From a virus (taxonomy: Duplodnaviria > Heunggongvirae > Uroviricota > Caudoviricetes), in the IMG/VR virus record IMGVR_UViG_3300047667_001391: DNA of 23,005 nucleotides. One strand, given 5' to 3'. A program made the translations under genes and the position numbers. The notes beneath the pieces are model-generated. The model was not told the DNA's origin, did not search any database, and saw only the letters and a list, made by a program, of their open reading frames with translations. Within the stretch, counting starts at the first letter, position 1, and every line of letters begins with the position of its first letter. This document shows, in pieces, positions 20,096-23,005 of the stretch.

Positions 20096-23005
20096 TTATT
20101 CCTCTGTGCTGACTACGCTTAGCGTCTGTGAATTTATATTTAATGTACTGTGATATCTTTGTTGACTGCTAATTGTAAGTCGGTAGTAATAATTACCAGC
20201 AGTGGTATTTGTATCTGTAGTAGTAAATGAGTTGGCCAACCCTTCAGTGACGATACAACCTAACTCAGGTTCTTCGTTCGTAATGGTCGTTCCGGTTAGG
20301 TTATTAGTTATCATATGAGTCCACGTAGAACCATTCGTGCTTCTTTCTAGAGTCATTGTTGCACTGGGTTGCACTGGGTTGGTTGGACAAGAATTACCAC
20401 TACCCGTTGTACTATTTGCAGCAAAACTAAAACTATAAACTACACTATGGTTTGCGCCTGTTGCACTAAAAGGACCAACCACTATAGACGGATTAAGGGT
20501 TTTTAAAGTCGTATTGCCTGCATTTTTATTTAGACCTGCAGACAAAGTGCCACCGAAGTATGCATCGCCGTTTTCTTTTAGAAAGAAAGTCGCATTGGTG
20601 TCTGTTTTGCTGCCCGTCCCAGACCATATCATATACCCCTCTGGTCCCCCGACTTCTGTTCGTCGGCCAGTGTCTGCTGTCCTAACCAAAGCACCGATTA
20701 CCTCCCCACCGATTACCTTTCCTGCCTTCAAGACGCCACTAAATGCCGCGGAATTTTCAACACTATCGAAAGTGATAAACGGGTTGTTGTTGTTATCTAA
20801 AAACTGGGTCTGATCAGTTTTTATTATAATCACACTATTGTTTGGGGTAGCGTCTAGTTGAATAAAACTTAAATTGCCGTTAGCGTCCACTGCCAATTGA
20901 GCGGATGCTCTGTATTCAGCCAACCCGTCGTTTAGGGCAGTAGAAAGTGTTAGTGCGCTGCTGGCGGTACTACCCACACCACCTAACGTAGAAGCTATAT
21001 TACTTATTGCAGTAGCGTTATCATCTGCGTCAATTTCAACAGCATCGATTCTAGTAACTGCAGCAGTAACGTTTGTGTTGGTGTTATCAACTCTTAAATC
21101 GACACTACTTATTGCAGAAGCATTATCATCTGCATCGATTTCAACAGCATCGATTCTAGTGATCGCTGATGTAAGGCTTGTGTTGGTGTTATCAACTCTT
21201 AAATCGACACTACTTATTGCAGAAGCATTATCACTTGCATCGATTTCAACAGCATCGATTCTAGTGATCGCTGATGTAAGGCCTGAATTCGTATCCAGAA
21301 CTTCAAGTTCAAGTTGACTTATCGCAGATGAATTACCATCAATAATTATATTGACCTGAATAATTTCATTGGCGTTAGCGGTCATACCTATGTCATTATT
21401 GCTAACAACAGCAGATAAATTGGTAATTGATTCTGCAATTGCGCCAGTGGGACTAACATCGATATTTAGTTGGCTAATGGCATCAGCGAATATTACATCT
21501 CTATCCAAATCATTCTTTTTGATGTTGGCTATATCAATTTCTGACAATAGAGCAACTAACCCTTCATCCTCTGATTGATCACGTGATGTAATCAAACCAA
21601 AAACGTTATTGGTGATTCGACCACCCACACTATCGATATCAAGCACGGCCTGTTGGATTGAAGTAAAGTTCTCGTCTTGGTTATCAGTTACTGTCTGGGC
21701 TAATGCCGTAATTGTTCCCGTATATCCATCTATAGTAACTTTTGCTTCATTTGCCCTAGTGATAGTTTCATTATCAACTAATAACTGTCTACTGGCTTCC
21801 AGTGCAATTATACTATTTAGACCATCGATAGTTGCTGCGGCGTTACTAAATGTAACAGTATTGTTGTTGTAATCAGTTACTGTGACTCGCTGGGTAATTG
21901 CTCCGTTGTTAGCGTCGATGTCTATTTCGGCTTGGCTCACTCTAGCAGTTATGTTTTGTAAGTCCTGAGTGCTTGCGTCAGCTTTTCCTATTGATATAGA
22001 TGTAATGTCAAATGCATCTGCAGTCGTTGTCCCTAATATTAAGCGCACACCCGTTATAGTACCAGAGTAAGTAAGTAATGATGTAAAATCAATTAATAAT
22101 GTGGTTTGTGTTCCGGTTGGTTCGGTGATATAATTCGAGAAAGTCTCAGTACTTGCATCATCTCTTGTTATAATAACTGATCCGTCCCAGCCATCACCAG
22201 ATGTCCTTTCTAGTGTGACCCGTATTAATTTATTATCTGTTGAGGAATAACCCAATGATGTGTTTTGGATATCACCCAACACGACAGAAATTTTATTGGT
22301 ACTTTCGGTCAAGGTGCCGTTCACTGCCACCCAACCCTGAGCACTATCAAAAAAGTTGAATGAATAAACTGGCTGAAGGGCTGCTAATGACTCACTGACA
22401 ATAGCAGTGGCAGTGGCAGTTATTTGAGCGGGTACTAATAATAACTCGGACGTGAGAACATTTATATCATTATCATTAAGGTCTATTCTTTCAGTCACCG
22501 CTGAAACCTGAGCTTCGACACCATCAATAAGAAATACAGCCTGATTAAACGAATCGTCAATAAAACTAAAGGCTCGATTTGTTATAGTACCAGTTATAGG
22601 ATCGACCAGCACGGTGGCATCAATTAGGATGTCATTGTTCTCCAACCGTAGCCGTAAATCTTCGCGACTCGAAGCATCTTTTGTGATTGCCTGCAGTAAC
22701 TGTAAATCTGAGTCTTCGGTCGTGGAATCGTTTATTTGCAATCGATATGCGATGTTCCTAGCTTCTGAATCGATCAAATCAATGTCAGTAACAATATCGG
22801 TTATGTCACCTTCAACACCAAGCAAAGCCGAGTCGGTTTGTAGCTCATAATCATCTATTTGTTGCTTTGTGTCATTGATACTGGCAACAATATCGGTTAT
22901 GTCACCTTCAACACCAAGCAAAGCCGAGTCGGTTTGTAGCTCATAATCATCTATTTGTTGCTTTGTGTCATTGATACTGGCAACAATATCGGTAGTATCA
23001 AACAT
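20096..23005 (-). CDS. central tail fibre / host-specificity J-like protein (possibly 5'-truncated at the window edge)
   Basis: Long heptad-rich coiled coil with tandem repeats, a CBM-like insert, Gly-rich beta segments (FFLKENGDAYFGGTLSAG) and a C-terminal beta-sandwich. The ATG coincides with the window end, so no RBS is visible. Confidence 0.72.
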   Translation of the reverse strand: MFDTTDIVASINDTKQQIDDYELQTDSALLGVEGDITDIVASINDTKQQIDDYELQTDSALLGVEGDITDIVTDIDLIDSEARNIAYRLQINDSTTEDSDLQLLQAITKDASSREDLRLRLENNDILIDATVLVDPITGTITNRAFSFIDDSFNQAVFLIDGVEAQVSAVTERIDLNDNDINVLTSELLLVPAQITATATAIVSESLAALQPVYSFNFFDSAQGWVAVNGTLTESTNKISVVLGDIQNTSLGYSSTDNKLIRVTLERTSGDGWDGSVIITRDDASTETFSNYITEPTGTQTTLLIDFTSLLTYSGTITGVRLILGTTTADAFDITSISIGKADASTQDLQNITARVSQAEIDIDANNGAITQRVTVTDYNNNTVTFSNAAATIDGLNSIIALEASRQLLVDNETITRANEAKVTIDGYTGTITALAQTVTDNQDENFTSIQQAVLDIDSVGGRITNNVFGLITSRDQSEDEGLVALLSEIDIANIKKNDLDRDVIFADAISQLNIDVSPTGAIAESITNLSAVVSNNDIGMTANANEIIQVNIIIDGNSSAISQLELEVLDTNSGLTSAITRIDAVEIDASDNASAISSVDLRVDNTNTSLTSAITRIDAVEIDADDNASAISSVDLRVDNTNTNVTAAVTRIDAVEIDADDNATAISNIASTLGGVGSTASSALTLSTALNDGLAEYRASAQLAVDANGNLSFIQLDATPNNSVIIIKTDQTQFLDNNNNPFITFDSVENSAAFSGVLKAGKVIGGEVIGALVRTADTGRRTEVGGPEGYMIWSGTGSKTDTNATFFLKENGDAYFGGTLSAGLNKNAGNTTLKTLNPSIVVGPFSATGANHSVVYSFSFAANSTTGSGNSCPTNPVQPSATMTLERSTNGSTWTHMITNNLTGTTITNEEPELGCIVTEGLANSFTTTDTNTTAGNYYYRLTISSQQRYHSTLNINSQTLSVVSTEE
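21001..21281. repeat. 105-bp (35-aa) tandem repeat, ~2.7 units
   Basis: TACTTATTGCAG recurs at 21001, 21106 and 21211. Unit TSAITRIDAVEIDAxDNASAISSVDLRVDNTNTSL. Confidence 0.93.
22790..22993. repeat. perfect 96-bp (32-aa) tandem repeat, 2.1 units
   Basis: 22790-22885 is identical to 22886-22981. A third partial unit runs to 22993. Confidence 0.97.

Noticed and set aside
12003-22850. + strand ORFs in the late region (e.g. 14565-14750, 15981-16190, 17074-17439, 20514-20813, 21075-21317)
   Set aside because: Shadow frames of - strand structural genes. Their apparent similarity to each other just mirrors the repeats already described.
1-23005. tRNA, rRNA, integrase, transposase, intron or intein
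   Set aside because: No cloverleaf/T-loop signatures or recognisable recombinase, homing-endonuclease or splicing motifs were seen by eye. A tRNAscan/Infernal run would be needed to exclude them fully.

Overview
AT-rich lytic tailed-phage genome segment (Caudoviricetes; the host is probably a Gammaproteobacterium, inferred from the spanin and sigma70-type promoters). Two convergent halves meet at a bidirectional terminator at 10746-10773. The + strand half (118-10709) is an early/middle region. It holds a T4 DexA-like exonuclease, a translationally coupled array of four paralogous genes with near-identical junctions and variable middles, many small hypothetical ORFs, an ATP-dependent DNA ligase, an acyl-carrier-protein homologue whose phosphopantetheine Ser is replaced by Glu, and a calcineurin-like metallophosphoesterase. 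The - strand half (10794-23005) is a late region. In transcription order it holds a coiled-coil central tail fibre/J-like protein (possibly truncated at the window edge), a tail fibre, a DUF4376-like partner, an HExxH membrane protein, a frameshifted gene remnant, an Ig/BppU-like protein, a 998-aa multi-lectin-like protein and small partners sharing its N-terminal module, and a lysis cassette (holin candidate, membrane-anchored lysozyme, u-spanin-like lipoprotein). No tRNA, rRNA, CRISPR array, integrase or transposase was recognised. Family assignments come from remembered motifs, not database searches.
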